DNA of 64,000 nucleotides from Octopus vulgaris (Eukaryota). The position numbers were made by a program, and so were the translations under genes. Position 1 is the first letter of the stretch; each line of letters opens with the position of its first letter. Below, piece after piece: positions 13,531 to 27,154 of the stretch. Where the stretch lies: assembly GCA_951406725.2 (NCBI GenBank), contig OX597834.1, forward strand, positions 23,870,001-23,934,000, read 5' to 3'. A model generated the notes under the pieces. That model did not search any database. It saw only the letters and a list, made by a program, of their open reading frames with translations, and was not told the DNA's origin.

Positions 13531-14105
13531 CAGATAAGGATGCTAAGTTGTGATAAGATTTGGCTGCTATGAATAGCAAGCTAAGTGAGCTCATGGAAGC
13601 CACTTTCTTGCCTTTAATAAAATCATTATGTACTAAGGTCATTTTAATCAACTTTCTGTATCTCTCTGCCTCTTTTAAAATTTCCAGCCTTTTTCTGTTG
13701 GTAGACATTGGTATGATGCCATGACAGACAAAATAACTTGTTCGTATTTGAAGAGTTACTTTGTTTTCAATTAAAATTTCACTGAGGCCAACATTGCCCT
13801 TCAGCCTTCCATGGATGACATGGAAATAACTGTGATGTTGATAAGCCACAAAATATTGGTATCCATCACTCCTGGATGGGACTGGGTGTGTGTGCTGTCT
13901 TGCTTTTTGATGGCTATCAGTGGTATGAAGGAGTGGTGCCCAGAGCACAGTACCACAGCAAACCAGTGAACAAGTAAAACACATACATTGGGGATGAGGA
14001 TGAGCTGATTATAAAGTAATTGATATACATACATACATACATCACCATGTTGGATCATTAGCTCCTACACGCATTTTTTTTCTCTCCTTGTTTCTTTTCT
14101 GTGTA

Positions 14106-14143
14106 TCTTTCTGTCGAAGAGCGTAGGCTCGAAACGTAAAAGA
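14106..14143 (+). ncRNA. Minimal hammerhead-like motif, A6U core variant
   Basis: TCTTT-CTGTCGA-A-GAGC(GTAG)GCTC-GAAA-CG-TA-AAAGA; stems I and II pair perfectly. Confidence 0.6.
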
Positions 14144-14945
14144 CTTGTTTTATTTCTATTCCTGAGCGCCATACTAATACAATTGTTTGTTTGTACTCCA
14201 CCTGCCTTCGTCTTTTGTTTATTTTCGTAAACCTTCCCGTTATAAATATATATATAATAGGTGCAGTTGTGGCTGTGTGATATGAAGCTCGCTCCAAACC
14301 ACATGGTTTCGGCCCAATCCTGTTGGGCAAGTGTCTTCTACTATAGCCTCGGGCCGACCAAAGCCTTGTGAGTGGATTTGGTAGACGGAAGCTGATAATA
14401 GAAGCCTGTCATGTGTGTGTAAAGTTTCTACAGCTGGATGCCCTTCCTAACGCCAACCACTCCGAGAGTGTAGTTGTGTATTTACTTGTTTAACTAACTA
14501 AACTGCTATACCAGTGTGTGGATGTGGTAACAGCAACATTGGATTACAACAGTATATTAGATACTTTTTATTGAACTGCGGTCTGGATTTTCATGTCACT
14601 TGTGTTTTGATGTAAGCATGTTGGAAATGTCTGTCTTGTCAACTGGAAAGTATTTTTGTTAAATTTTTTTTATCTTCAATTGATTTGGATTTAACATTTT
14701 CCTTTGATAAGAATTTTTAGTCTTCAACACACAATTATATTTTGTTGTTATCCAGAATTTTAGTTAGATGTTTTGCAAACAACTTATAGATGCAAGTGCT
14801 ACCAGATGAAAGCTCTGCATACTGGATGCCTAGCAAGTTTATGGGGTCAGCAGAAGAGAATGTGTGCCATTTTAGGGCCTACCTCTCAATGGCATCATTA
14901 TGCACTGGCCCCTACTCACTGAAACGAGGCCTTCCCTACCATATC

Positions 14946-15177
14946 TGTTTCTTTATTACCCACAAGGGGCTAAACATAGAGGGGACAAACAAGGACAGAC
15001 AAACGGATTAAGTCGATTACATCGACCCCAGTGCGTAACTGGTACTTAATTTATCGACCATGAAAGGATGAAAGGCAAAGTCAACCTCGGCGGAATTTGA
15101 ACTGAGAACGTAACGGCAGACGAAATACGACTACGCATTTCGCCTGGCGTGCTAACGTTTCTGCCAGCTTGCTGCCT
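14946..15177 (-). mobile_element. tRNA-derived SINE family C (Meta/MESC-like central domain)
   Basis: GCCTTTCATCCTTTC..GGTCGATAAATTAAGTACC domain; TSD TACCATATC. Confidence 0.85.
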
Positions 15178-15189
15178 TACCATATCAAC

Positions 15190-16790
15190 TGGTTATCACA
15201 TTTACATCAATATTCTTTTAGCCATTGCTCATTGTGTCTTTTTAATCAAATCCAGTGGCTTGCTTTTCCACTGTAGTTTGGAAATCACTCTTAGTGGTAT
15301 TTGTTTTATGATGAGTTACGCTTAATGATAACAATAGTTGCCTTACACTGTATCCAATAAACTCTCTACATCCGACTGCGATTGGAAACTGCTCTGCTTT
15401 CCAGCTTGTGTCTTCACATTCTTTGAAGAGGTCTATATAACAGTCAATCTTTCGAGCGCGAGTAGCGTCCATGAGGAACCATTAACTTGACTAGATTTAC
15501 CACTTTCTTTCTTTCACACCATATTATGATATCCGGTTTCTTCATAACTGGGATAGAAAAGAATCCAGGGCACCCTAGTAAATCTGCAGCCACCTCCCAA
15601 TTGCCGCGAAACTTTTCATCGCTCACAGGAAGTTTCTTCTTCTTCAAACAGATCTGCTGTCCTGAGCGCACAAAGGTAATGAAATCTCTGGTTGATTCTT
15701 TCAGTGGTTTTTTTGCCACTGTTGATGAGAGCAATTTGGTTCTTTATAATATTGAAGATGACCTTAAGGACCAGATTGTGTCTTGATGTACATCTGTTCA
15801 ATGCCAGTGAACAACCAGAAAGAATATGTTTCAGTGTTCCAACTTTTCCACATCTGCATATATCATTTTCCTCATGTTCCTCCCATTTTATCATCTGTTC
15901 TTGTTGAGAGTATACAGGTGAAAGAAAGATAATTTTCGTCGTATAGAATTATGACTTTATATTTTACTATCTAATTCATAAATCTAGCTAATATTGAATC
16001 ACAACAATTCAAATAAGACTTGTTGGATTTTCCTTGGACATGGCATGAAAAATCACCAATGTCTCAAAGGAGTGAGTGTCATGGAGTTTAGTTACATCCA
16101 ACAAACACTGAAGTTTTTCCCAAAATCCAGGGTTTTTATAACTGCTCAACTTGACTTTAAAGAATCGAAATCCCATACGAATATTCTTTAAGTAACTTTT
16201 AGAATCCTTATATGAGCAGTTATATTAACCAATGGAAAAAACGACAATAATATTTCTTTGGCAATAGGACATTACATCATATTGCCAGCTACCACAAATT
16301 GGCGCTTTATTTTAAAATGGCTACTTGCAACAAGAGCATTGGAAGAAATGAAGCTCTCTTCTCTCTGTTTCCCTTGCTTTGATGCTGTTGCTAACTACAG
16401 ATCTGCATTCACTCTGCCTCATGCTTGCAAATGGTCTGAACTGATCTGCATCAAAGCCGAGTCCCTTCTGATGAATTTGCATTGCACCCACCACATCTGA
16501 GTGTGCAAGTGAAGACAGGATGTCATTAGTCTCTGCTTCTGCTTTCTACTTCTTGGCTCTTTTACATCTGGTGGATTAATCCTGATTTCTATATCCTTCG
16601 ACTCTCTCAGCATCATCACCATTCATATATTCCCTAGTTTATAAATTTCAACTATTGATGTGAGTGGTAACTGCAATCAGCTTCTTTTACGATAGAGAAC
16701 TGAGCAGTTCAATATTTTCACTGGTTGATGTTAGATTTGCTGGGAGATTTACAGATGAAATAATATTATCCATGAATGAAAGTTTAAATT
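15190..16790 (-). mobile_element. HERO-like non-LTR retrotransposon with restriction-like endonuclease, degenerate
   Basis: CRCGKVGTLKHILSGC...RHNLVL zinc knuckle, KKPDIIIW...LMVP (PD-D/ExK) motif, FMD RT remnant near 16770. Confidence 0.75.
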
Positions 16791-17726
16791 GATTGCAATT
16801 TTTGATAAAGAGTGTGGGGAAGAGAGAGGTGGAGACCAGCTGTAAAAGTATGACTCTAACTAGAAAAGTAATGAGAAAATAATGTCAGCTCTCAATTGTA
16901 AATTATTGTAACAGAAAGGATGAAACAAAATGCAGAAAATCTCGATAATAATTGTACGGTGATATAATGGTAATTATTAGTCAAAGCTATTGTCAGAAGA
17001 ATTGAGGAAGAGTTTTTGGTTTCTTTAGACTGTCTTTTTTATTATTTAATGAGGGCAGTGTATCCAGTTCTGATTAACGAATAAATATCATTCGCAATTA
17101 TTTCCAAGAGCAATCAAGAATGCAATTCACAGTAACGTTTGAAATAGAGCCAAGATGAAAAGAAGACGGAAATCAATTCCTTCCTGGGTCTTAATTATTT
17201 CTACAGATTCTTCTGTCTTTCAGTTCATGGTATTTCAGTGGGGAGTGGAGAGATTACAGCTTTCATTCACTCTCCCTGGGTCTCCTATCACCGCACTCTC
17301 TTCAACTTCTTGGACATGTTACTTTGAGATGATGTGCTAGCACCTCCTCCATTTCATTTCTCCTGCTCCTCCTATGTTACTCTCATCATCACCACCACCC
17401 TTTCACAACTATAAAACGGTTCCCTTCATTATACTGTTGTAAGTTCACCCAATACCTCACCAAAAGTCATCACTCTCTCTTCTGTTCTCTCTATTTTGTT
17501 TTGCAAGGTACTTGGTGACCCTGTCAGTGATGGTTCCACATAAAAAGCACTGGTGTTGATACCATGTTAAAAGTACCCAGTATATTATGTACTCTGGTTG
17601 GCATTAGGAAGCGTGTCCAGCTGTAGAAACCATGCTAAAACATCCAATGGAGCCCGGTATGGCACTCAACCATGCCAGCTTCTATCAAACTAACTCATGC
17701 CAGTATGGAAAACAGACATTAAACAA

Positions 17727-17776
<50 letters not shown>

Positions 17777-18070
17777 ACACACACATATAATGAGCCCGTT
17801 CAGTAGACTTGAATTTGCCCCTTGGGTTATTAGAAGTTTGATCTGTTTGATGAAAACAGTGGTCTGTGAATTTTAGCCTTCTTTGATTGGTTGGTTGGCT
17901 GGCACGTGGTAAAGGTCCATATAATGATTTGCTTGACATATGATCAGCATAAGATACATTAAAGGTCTTGTGCAGAAGTTGAGTGTATGGGCCATCTAGT
18001 GATCACTGTTGGGCCATCATAAGAGACCAGCATTCAAGGCTGCAGGGCAGAACAGATTCTATTATAGAAT

Positions 18071-18282
18071 TGTTAGCACACCGGGCGAAATGCTTAGCGG
18101 TGTTTCTTCTGCCACTACGTTCTGAGTTCAAATTCTGCCAAGGTCGACTTTGCCTTTCATCCTTTCGGGGTCGATAAATTAAGTACCAGTTACGCACTGG
18201 GGTCAATGTAATTGACTTAATCCCTTTGTCTGTCCTTGTTTGTCCTCTCTATGTTTAGCCCCTTGTGGGCAATAAAGAAATA
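18071..18282 (+). mobile_element. SINE family C, 5'-truncated, inserted in an RTE remnant
   Basis: 17-bp TSD AGATTCTATTATAGAAT (18054-18070, 18283-18299). Confidence 0.9.
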
Positions 18283-18531
18283 AGATTCTATTATAGAATG
18301 AAACAGGTATAGTTTTAGGTTACGTTCCAGTTGCAATACTTCCCAAGTTTTTCATAGCTTGTCCATCTTCAATGGCAGCTGACTCCAGTTTTGTGAGGAG
18401 AGTTTGAGGATTTCTAGCATTTGTAATTGTATGAGACAAGTGTGACGTCATCTGCAAAGTTGAGCTCAGTGGGATACAATGCTTGACGATGTGAACCTTG
18501 GTAGGGACAGAGAGTTATATCTGGTCATACC

Positions 18532-18762
18532 TATTTCTTTACTACCCACAAGGGGCCAAACATAGAGGGGACAAACAAGGTCAGACAAACAGATTAAGTT
18601 GATTATATCGACCCCAGTGCGTAACTGGTACATAATTTATTGACCCCGAAAGGATGAAAGGCAAAGTCGACCTCGGCGGAATTTGAACTCAGAACGTAAC
18701 AGCAGACGAAATACCACTAAACATTTTGCCCAGCATGCTAACGTTTCTGCCAGCTCGCCACC
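18532..18762 (-). mobile_element. SINE family C
   Basis: Full-length similarity to 14946-15177. Confidence 0.85.
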
Positions 18763-19109
18763 ATAGCATGCCTTAGTACATAAGGCATACTATGATATAC
18801 TAAGGCATGCCTTAGTACATAATCCATTACTATAATGGAAAGGAGAGTGGGAGGTAGAGGGGAAGGGAATACAGCTACAGGATACAAATAGGGGGAAGGG
18901 ATGTTAGGCGGTTATAATGTGGGGAGGAGATTCAACATGAACACATTGTGTGCAGACAGATCCATGTCTTCTTGGGTCTTCCTTTTCCACAATTAGAGAT
19001 CAGCACTTCTTTATACACACACACACACACATGTGCACATGTATCTATATATTCCACAAAAACACACATTGTCACTGTTGGCACCATCATCATTATCATT
19101 TTCAATACC

Positions 19110-19337
19110 TATTTCTTTACTACCCACAAGGGGCTAAACACAGAGAGGACAAACAAGGACAGACAAATGGATTAAGTCGATTATATTGACTCCAGTGCAT
19201 AACTGGTACTTATTTAATTGACCCCGAAAGGATGAAAGGCAAAGTCGACCTCGGTGGAATTTGAACTCAGAACGTAAAGAAAGCCGAAATACCACTAAGC
19301 ACTTTGCCTGGCTAACGTTTCTGCCAGCTCGCCGCCT
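19110..19337 (-). mobile_element. SINE family C
   Basis: 16-bp TSD TATCATTTTCAATACC. Confidence 0.9.
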
Positions 19338-20679
19338 TATATCATTTTCAATACCATTTAACTCTGCTCATCCAACACTCCTCCATCCTGTCTGGACAAT
19401 GGACTGAAATACAAAACAGAACTTTCTTTCTCGCTTTCCTCTTCCCTCTCCCCCCTCTTTCTCCTTTTCTTCCTCCCATCCTTTTCCCATCTCTGTCTCC
19501 CTCTCTCTTTTTTTTCTCTCTTGCCTTCTTTCTCTTTCTGTCCATTTCCTTCTCACTTTTACTCCTCTCTCTCATGTTTCTCTTCTTCTTCTCCATCAGT
19601 TCTCTTTCTCTTCCTCCCTTCTGTCTTTCCTTCCCCCTTTCTCTTTTCTTCTATCTCACCCTCTCCTTCCCACACGCCATTCCATTCTTCCTTTTTTTTC
19701 ATCTTTCTCAGGCCCCATATCTTTTTTCCCCTAACTTTATCTTCTTCTCCACATTCTTCCCACTCTGCCCACTCACACCACATCTGTGAAGAATTACCGA
19801 GAGAGAGAGAGACGGGGGAGCGAGAGGGAGAAAGATAGAGAAACAAAGTATTGGAGACAGATTTAGAGAGAGACTTGTAGAACGAAGCAGAGAGTTAGAG
19901 ACAGAAATGTTGAGAGAGAATGTTTATCCAAGTCTTTCCATTCGTTTTTGTTGCCTGTTTTTGGATGTCAGCCAATATTTGCCGTTATTTATTTTAGTTA
20001 TTGATCTCTTCTTTCATTACAATAATTGATTCCACTTAAAGACTTTGATTGGCTAACAACCAGCTTACAGCAAAATACTTGTTGTTACTGTTGTTGTTGG
20101 TAGTAATGGAAGCAGTTGTGTACATGTACTGATAGTGGCTATGGTGGTGGTGGTCAGTCTGGTTTACAAAATCAAGAAATGGCTTTTGTTTTCTTATTTT
20201 TCTTTGTCAATCTTTTCCGTTTATTTATTTGAATTTTTGTTTTGTTTTTTTATTCATTCACTAATTTAAAAAAAAATTGTTTTTATCTTCATTTTTTTTG
20301 CTTTGTTTTGTGAATTTTAAAGATTTCTGGTTCCACTTTTTCCTCCCTGTCTGATTACTTTTTACCTCATTTGTTCATTAGTCACCACTAAGAGGAGTGA
20401 GGTGGCATTATATTTATTTACTTTGGTGATGAGAGCAGTTCATGCTTCTGCTCCTGACATGGTTTCCACCAGTGGTAGTTGTGGTTTGGTACTTGTCACA
20501 GTAGTGGTGGTAGCAGTAGTAGAATCAGTTTGGGTAGTAGTGTTGATCCATGTCAGACAAAACTGGAACTGTATATTAAATGTGGTTCAACAGAACAATA
20601 TATTGGAAGAAACTGGAACCTAATTGAGATTCCATTGGTTTTTCATACTGCACCTGTTTTTTTACTAAACATATCTCTC

Positions 20680-20981
20680 CGCACGTAAAAAGCACCATCT
20701 GATCATGGCCGTTGCCAGCCTCGCCTGGCCCCTGTGCTGGTGGCACATAAAAAGCACCATCCGATCATGGCCGTTGCCAGCCTCGCCTGGCCCCCATGCC
20801 GGTGGCACGTAAAAAGCACCCAGTACACTCACGGAGTGGCTGGCGTTAGGAAGGGCATCCAGCCGTAGAAACATTGCCAGATTAGACTGGGCCTGGTAAA
20901 GCCTTCTGGCTTCCCAGACCCCAGTTGAACCGTCCAACCCATGCTAGCATGGAAAGCGGACGCTAAACGATGATGATGATG
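20680..20981 (+). mobile_element. RTE-associated repeat family A copy with internal ~62-bp tandem repeats
   Basis: Repeated AAAAAGCACCATC.GATCATGGCCGTTGCCAGCC units; (GAT)n tail. Confidence 0.75.
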
Positions 20982-21365
20982 TATATATACACACACACAT
21001 GCACATACATATGCTGTCATCATCATCAGTGTTTTAATGTCCATTTTCATGCTGTCACGGGTTAGATGAAATTTATTGAGTCAGGCTTTCTATGGTTAGA
21101 TGCCCTTCTTGTTGTTCACCCTTGTTTTTCAGTCAAGGTATTTATCATTTCACCATTTCACACACACACACACTTGCATGCTAGTATGTGTGTGTGTGTG
21201 TGTGTGTGTGAGAGCTTTGCAGTATTTGTTCTATCTCTTTGCTCTCTGAGTCCAGTTCCTGCAGAGGTTAGCTTTGCTTTTCATCATTTAAGGGTTTATA
21301 AATATACTACCAGCCTTGCACTGCTGCAGCTTTCCATGTCTCTTTCTAACTGTCACATCCTAGAT

Positions 21366-21584
21366 CAGTGCTTTTCAACCTTTTTGCTGGAGCGGAACCC
21401 CAAGAAAACATTTCACTGGCTCGAGGAACCCTTGTGCAATAATTTAATTGTCTTATGCACACATATCTGCACAGGAGAATTAAAAATTACTGTCGGTTTT
21501 AGCATTTTTGTAACTTCTTGCGGAACCCCTGGACTGTACTGGCAGAACCCTAAGGTTCCGCGGAACCCTGGTTGAAAACCACTG
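21366..21584. mobile_element. hAT (Charlie/Buster-type) MITE
   Basis: TIRs CAGTGCTTTTCAACC / GGTTGAAAACCACTG; perfect 8-bp TSD TCCTAGAT (nnnTAnnn pattern). Confidence 0.9.
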
Positions 21585-23351
21585 TCCTAGATGCTCAACT
21601 GAGCTAAAAGTCGGAAGCCAGGCAGGATGTTTGCGTTTACATGGCTACCTAAAACCATGGTACATGCTGATACTAAGATGTGCAAGAGAAGTTAGCTATA
21701 AGAACAGCCATGGAATTTCCTTCCAATAATCAAAAGACTCACTAAAAGTTGATGACATTCTATGTTTTAATGGTGACAAGAAGTATTAGAGGGCAGGATG
21801 GAGATATGGTATAAAAATTGAGCAGGGACTGGGTGGAAATAGTTGAGGAAGCTAGTGTCTTCTTTAGCAAGAAAGGTTTTCACTATATGAGTGAAAAACA
21901 ACTTCTATGATGCTTCTATACAAAATACAATATCACATCACAGAGAAACATGGGGAGAGTGAAGAGGATGAAGGGAGTCTGGATTGTACTCAACTGGATA
22001 TGTAAAGTAAGCATGAATGGAGGACAGAACAGAGATGACCCTAGGGCAAAAACTGGGAACAAAAGGCATCAGCTGCTGTATGCAAAAGAGAAGGGTGTGC
22101 TAGGCTAGACGTATGTATCATGCTGGGATAGACAGTCCATCTGAAATACTATAGGCACAAGTCTGAAATTTGAGGGGAGGGGACTAGTCAATTACATCAA
22201 CCCCAGTGTGTAACTGGTACTTATTTCATTGACCCTGAAAAGATGAAAGGCAAAATTGACCTTGACAGAACTAGAACTCAGAATGTAAAGAGGGATAAAA
22301 TGCTGCTATGCATATTACCTGGCATGCTAATGATTCTGCCAGCTCACTGCCTTAATAATAATAATAATAACAATAAAATTGAAAGAAGGAAATGTACTGC
22401 AGCCAGAGATTTTTTATATCTTTATATTATTAAGCTCAAATTTCACAGCTCACGTTATTTCACATTTCTTCCTTTTATTATACTTGTGTGATTGGGACAG
22501 GTGGAAGAATGTGTGTGTGTGTGGATGGATGGGTGGATGTTTGTGAGTGAGAGAGAAAATATTGGTATGATTAATAAACTGTTCTCTCACATCTTACCTT
22601 CATTCACTATGCTTGTGTGCGGTAGTTGTGGGAGTGGTAACTGTGACAGTAGTTGTGATTGTAGTCGGGATTATGTCAGTAGTAATTGTGGCGGTCATGG
22701 TTGTATTTGTAGAGGTTGTATTACTGGTAATAACACCTAGAGAGATGGTGACGGTAGGAGCAATGACGATGATGGTGGTGGCGGTAGTTTTATTTGTATT
22801 ACTGATGATGGTGGAGGTAATTGTATTTGTATTACTGATGATGGTGGTGGTGGTGTTGGTGATGTCAATGGTGGAAGTACAACCTCCATGTATTATTTAA
22901 AAAGCTGCTTATTTAATCTTGCTTGAAGTAAGCCAGCCAACTGGTCATTCAGCCAGCCTGGTCTGTGGGCCAGTGAGGCAGTGGGTAGATTGTAGGCGTT
23001 GTGGTGTTGAGTGGAGGTTATTTACATCTATGTTGATGTTATTTAAAGAATATCTGTCTCTTGTTTTAATTCTATTGATTTTCCACAAGAATCTCTAGAA
23101 ACAGTGGCAGAACTCAAGTTATTATCCTAGCTGTTCTGTATTAACTGTTCACAGAATTTTATGAATAGAATGAGTTGATAGCGCATCACATAGAATACCC
23201 TGCAGTGTTTGTTTCATCTCTCTGCACTCTGAGTTCAAATCCTGGGGCAGTGTCGGCCTTTAATTTTCACTCCTCATGGTTGATAAATACCAGTCAAGTA
23301 CTGGGGCCACTTCTTTCTCTCTCTTAACTATGAGAAGGGACTAAGAAAAGA

Positions 23352-23980
23352 GTGTTCCATAATGATTCCTTCTGGGGGAATAAAGAAGGCGATCCATATC
23401 CATTGTTTGATGTCTCTATGGGGAGCTTTGACAGGGCTGAAATCACTGACTTTGTTGGGATATACATTTTGGATACCCTCAAGAGATGTACCCATCCACA
23501 TAGGTTGGCCCCCTACAGGAACGATGACCTGGCTATATCAAGCCAGATGGATGGCCATATATATATATATATATATATACTTATACATAGATTGAGAAGT
23601 GTGGGGAAAACCAAATGATGTTCTGGTGGTCCTTCCTTTTGTGGATGCTAGGGCCTGGCATATAGGAGATGTGGTCCTTAAACCTACTGGATGCCAAACC
23701 CCGTTGTAATAGAAGGCTGTGGCATCGAAAATTTCTTCACTTGAGGATAAGTTTGAGGTCCTCTTGCTGACACCCTTCACTAGGTTCTTGAACATGATAG
23801 TGGGGTGGCAGGAGGCTGTGTTGATGTAGGACAACCTCTCACTTGGTTTGCAGTAGGGCCTGTGTGTACTGGAGCCCAAGTCCAGAGTGAAATCTAGGAA
23901 GTCCATGGTGGTGGGGATTAGTCTCAATAGTTATTTTAGTCCCATGGACCCTAATCAGGTCCTTTCCAAGTCTATCAAAT
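23352..23980. mobile_element. Penelope RT fragment with internal inversion
   Basis: + strand FDVSMGSFD...YRNDD; - strand DFLDFTLDL...SCHP...KRTSNLSS; both homologous to the PLE at 7730. Confidence 0.8.
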
Positions 23981-24031
23981 GTATAACATATATAGATATA
24001 AAATAACGAAGACATACATACAAACATATAG

Positions 24032-24270
24032 TGGAGGTATGTGGCTTAGGTGTTAGCTGGGCTCATGATCATAGGAGTGTGATTTCAATTCCTGGACCAA
24101 GCAATGTGTTCTGTTCTTGAGCAAAACACTTCATGTTGCTGCAGTCCACTCAGCTGGCAAAAATGAGTCATCTTGTGACAGACCTGCATCCTGTCCAGGT
24201 GGGGAATTTATATGCTGTGGAAACTGGGAAACCAGCCTTCATGGGCCTGGTGTGGCTTGAGAAGGAAACA
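24032..24270 (+). mobile_element. tRNA-derived SINE with CORE-like and V-like domains
   Basis: Head TGGAGG..TGGCTTAG; TTCTTGAGCAAAACACTT..CAGTCCACTCAGCTG; TGTGACAGAC..CATCCTGTCCAGG. Confidence 0.6.
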
Positions 24271-24654
24271 TTTATTATTTTTTTTACATACATATATGTT
24301 TGTATGTATGCATATGTTTGCTTGTGTATGTGCACATGCATGCACTTGCTCTTCCCCAGCTTTATTATTAACACCTGAGGTAAATATTACTATATTTTAG
24401 ATTAATTTCTTTAAAAAGATGCTGCCCTTTTTACTTGGTCCAGAAATATGGATCCACTCAGAATTGTTTCATCCAAATAGTTCTCTCTGTCTCTCTTTCT
24501 CTATCTACCTATCTGTCTGTCTATCTATCTATCTTTTTTTTTTAATCATAAAAACCTCCTTTTCCTTGTAAAGATTTGCTTTAAGTGCAAGATTTTAATC
24601 ACCTAAGTGCCAAAAGTTTGAAACATATAAACAAAGGCCCTCATTACTTCTTTG

Positions 24655-25040
24655 CAGTTGTGCTGGGTGGGACATGCTTCAATGATGGAGGGTAGCAGGC
24701 TCCCAAAGGTAGTCATTTATGCTGAACTACATCAGAGCAGGCAGAGTCATGGTGGCTAGAGATTCTGATACAAGGATGTGCCAAAGAGATATATGAAGAA
24801 CTCCAGCATCTCTCCAGACATTTGGGAGGAGAAGGCCCTGTAGTGCAATGAATGGCACCAATTGCTGAAGCTCGTAACTCCAGCCATTGAGAAGAATCAG
24901 CTGTGAAAATCTGAAAGGGCACATGAGAGATGTTACTTCTCCATTGCATAAAGTAGCTTCACCTGCAATAGGTGTCATTGCTGGTGCAGCTTAAGAGCAG
25001 GCCTTGTAGCCCACATGCGAGCCTGCGGACAGCTGAAGAA
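24655..25040 (+). mobile_element. RTE LINE 3' fragment
   Basis: Translates RLPKVVIYAEL...FTCNRC...AGLVAHMRAC. Confidence 0.65.
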
Positions 25041-25394
25041 GATGATTCCCCCCAACCCCTCTCAAAGGATCTTTGTCTTGCAAGTTACTTGATGATCCTG
25101 CCAGTGCTGGTGCCACTTATAAAAAAACATCCCGTCCACACTGTAAAGTGGTTGGCATTTGGAAGGGCATCCAGCTGTAAAACCCATGCCAAATTGACCA
25201 CACTTGTGCTTGTGCCACGTAAAAAGCACCAAGTCCACCCTGCTGGGTAGTTAGTGTTAGGAAGGGCATCCAACCATAAAAGCCCTGCCAAAACAGACAC
25301 CAGAAGTCTGGTGCAGACCTCCTACCTGGTCAGCACCTGTCAATTCATCCAACCCATGTCAGCATAGAAGGCAGATGTTAAACAGTGATGATGA

Positions 25395-25427
<33 letters not shown>

Positions 25428-26788
25428 TATATATGTATTATATATATTTGCACACTCACATGCCTACACACATAGATATGAACATACATATACAAGTGTT
25501 CATGAACTTATATGTATCAGTCAGGTAACTTGACATTGAGGTAACTAGACCAATCAAGTATATATATATTTAGTATTTACTCACAGATGGAGGGGATGTG
25601 AGGTATCAGTTCTCACCATTAAAATACAATTAACCAATCTTCCTACCACTCCTACCACTATCACCACTCTCTCTCTCTCTCACACCTGATGTTTTTCTCT
25701 TTCACCACAATTTTCCTTAACTGGTATGTCTAGCAATTACTCATCCACCCACCCATCCAGTCCTTCACCAGGACCAGCTAGTAGCATGGTTTGAACTGGT
25801 GACCTTGTAATTATTAGTACAAATTGTTCTCACCTTTAAGAATTAATTTGTTACTAATTATTGCGCTTTAATTGAAAGCTCATAAAACAGGGAGGATTTT
25901 CCCACAGAAAGGTGGGAAAATATCTCCACATTGTGTAGTTAAGAAGTTTGCTTCCCAACCACATTGTTTTGGGTTCCCTCTCACTGTGTGCCACTTTGAA
26001 CAAGTGTCTTCTACTATATAGCCCAGGGCCAACCAAAGTCTTGTGAGTGGATTTGATAGATAGAAATTTCTGTGGAAGTCTGTCACATATATGTATTGGT
26101 ATGTGTTTGTGTTAGCACGCCGGGCGAAATGTGTAGCCGTATTTCGTCTGCCGTTACGTTCTGAGTTCAAATTCCGCCGAGGTCGACTTTGCCTTTCATC
26201 CTTTAGGGGTCGATAAATTAAGTACCAGTTTCGCACTGGGGTCGATACAATCAACTTAATCCCTTTGTTTGTCCCCTTGTGGGCAATAAAGAAATATATA
26301 TATGTAATTGTGTATGTATGTGTAACTTTGTATAGGTTTGTTTATCTCTCACCTCTTGATAATTGTTGTGGATTTGTTTGTCCTGATTTAGTGGAGACAC
26401 ATCTGTACTTTCAGATGAATTTGTAATCTTACTTATTCAAAGCTCAGTCAGTCCGTTCCATGTTTGTACAGTGGAGAGAGGCCATAGCAGTTCTCTTCTG
26501 GTGTTTTGAGTTCTCTGTTTTGCTTTTTTTCCCCCAATGTCTGTTGACATCCTCCTGAAAGAGACAGGGCTATGTGGATGATGGTCTTCTCCCTTCTTTG
26601 GGCAGCTCTTCTATACTGAAAATGTGGCTGCCATAACATGTGACTAGCCATTGCATTCATTCTTTTAATATGTCTTGGAATCTTCATGATGATGCACTTC
26701 TTAAGACAAGGAATTTAAGGATTTCACTGTCTTATTTGCTTATGTATATTGTTACCATTTCCTCCTCTTAAATTGCAAGAGCATAACC

Positions 26789-27154
26789 CATTTCTTTACT
26801 ACTCACAAGGGGCTAAACACAGAGAGGACAAATGGATTAAGTCGATTATATCGACCCCAGTGCGTAACTGGTACTTAATTTATCAACCCCGAAAGGATGA
26901 ATGGCAAAGTCGACCTCGGCGGAATTTGAACTCAGAACGTAACGTGAGACGAAATACCTATTTCTTTACTACCCACAAGGGGCTAAACACAGAGAGGACA
27001 AACAAGGACAGACAAACGGATTAAGTCAATTATATTGACCCCGAAAGGATGAATGGCAAAGTCGACCTCGGCAGAATTTGAACTCAGAACATAATGACAG
27101 ACGAAATACTGCTAAGCATTTCGCCCGGCGTGCTAATGTTTCTGCCAGCTCACC
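26789..27154 (-). mobile_element. Head-to-tail dimer of SINE family C
   Basis: Two consecutive units; shared outer TSD GCATAACC. Confidence 0.8.

Noticed and set aside
13394-13984. 196-aa ORF
   Set aside because: No recognisable motif or convincing splice sites; it runs into a repeat
19420-19920. Lys/Glu/Arg-rich ORFs and possible triplex tract
   Set aside because: Low-complexity pyrimidine/purine tracts with no specific evidence of function
20680-20830. CRISPR-like repeat array
   Set aside because: Internal tandem repeats of a retroelement UTR, with no unique spacers, in a eukaryotic context
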